Source: Candidatus Saccharimonadota bacterium | Lineage (GTDB): Bacteria > Patescibacteriota > Patescibacteriia > 2-12-FULL-60-25 | Assembly (NCBI GenBank): GCA_023898425.1 | Contig: CP060222.1 | Span: 390,001-422,000 of the forward strand | DNA: 32,000 bases | Direction of reading: 5' to 3' | Shown: positions 31,909 through 32,000 of the stretch, piece after piece | Layout: the number at the start of each line of letters is the position of its first letter | Position numbering within the stretch: the first letter of the stretch is position 1 | Made by a program: the position numbers and the translations under genes | The notes under the pieces: model-generated | What the model was told of the DNA's origin: nothing | The model's input: only the letters and a program-made list of their open reading frames with translations | Databases searched by the model: none

Positions 31909-32000
31909 GAACGTGTTTTCTTTGCAGGCGCTTTATTTGCAATAAGCTCTAGTGCTTGCTCGAGAGTAATAGCACCTTCACCAAGCTCTTTTGGAATGGT
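31899..32000 (-). CDS. 3' end (33 codons) of a gene continuing beyond the window; tail resembles a DNA topoisomerase I C-terminus
   Basis: Manual reverse translation gives TIPKELGEGAITLEQALELIANKAPAKKTRSKK*. An '(I/V)TLE(Q/E)A(L/I)ELL' motif followed by a basic tail occurs at the C-termini of bacterial TopA, but 33 aa is not enough for a firm call. Confidence 0.3.
   Translation of the reverse strand, partial: TIPKELGEGAITLEQALELIANKAPAKKTRSKK

Noticed and set aside
1-32000. CRISPR arrays, rRNA genes, riboswitch-like or tmRNA/RNase P/SRP RNA-like intergenic structures
   Set aside because: No regularly spaced direct repeats were seen. The intergenic regions are short, and all except the 230-bp spacer at 13693-13922 are explained by promoters and terminators. 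That spacer holds divergent promoters and a GC-rich stretch with only a weak 5-bp inverted repeat (AGCGC...GCGCT).

Overview
Gene-dense bacterial chromosomal segment with almost no non-coding DNA. Hand-counted 100-nt samples give about 43-46% G+C in core genes. It probably comes from a small-genome lineage (Patescibacteria/CPR-like). That is an inference from domain-reduced housekeeping proteins, near-zero intergenic spacers and many starts that lack a Shine-Dalgarno (SD) motif or look leaderless. Left to right: (1) a decaying glycosylation locus: a GT2 fragment and two GT-B glycosyltransferase pseudogenes with five frameshifts, one in a 12-nt homopolymer; (2) a Prx5-type peroxiredoxin and a membrane protein; (3) the most unusual feature, a tandemly duplicated three-gene cassette (3970-7443), each copy holding a stand-alone PAS-like protein transcribed divergently from two translationally coupled, circularly permuted NlpC/P60 (YaeF/YiiX-like) paralogs; (4) xth, rarA, ftsI-type PBP, murF and an abutting tRNA-Glu(CUC); (5) a compositionally atypical block of orphan genes (12943-16231) next to that tRNA, GC-richer, SD-bearing, each gene with its own promoter and terminator; (6) pgi, rnhB, ruvX/yqgF, recO, another GC-rich orphan, a membrane-anchored orphan, aspS (no GAD domain), scpA, scpB and a DD-carboxypeptidase; (7) tRNA-Met(CAU), a small membrane protein, initiator tRNA-fMet (unusual C33) and tRNA-Leu(CAA); (8) a Kef-type antiporter, parA, parB, a short Rel/SpoT homolog, a low-complexity coiled-coil orphan and the 3' end of a further gene. 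I saw no CRISPR array, rRNA, transposase or integrase.
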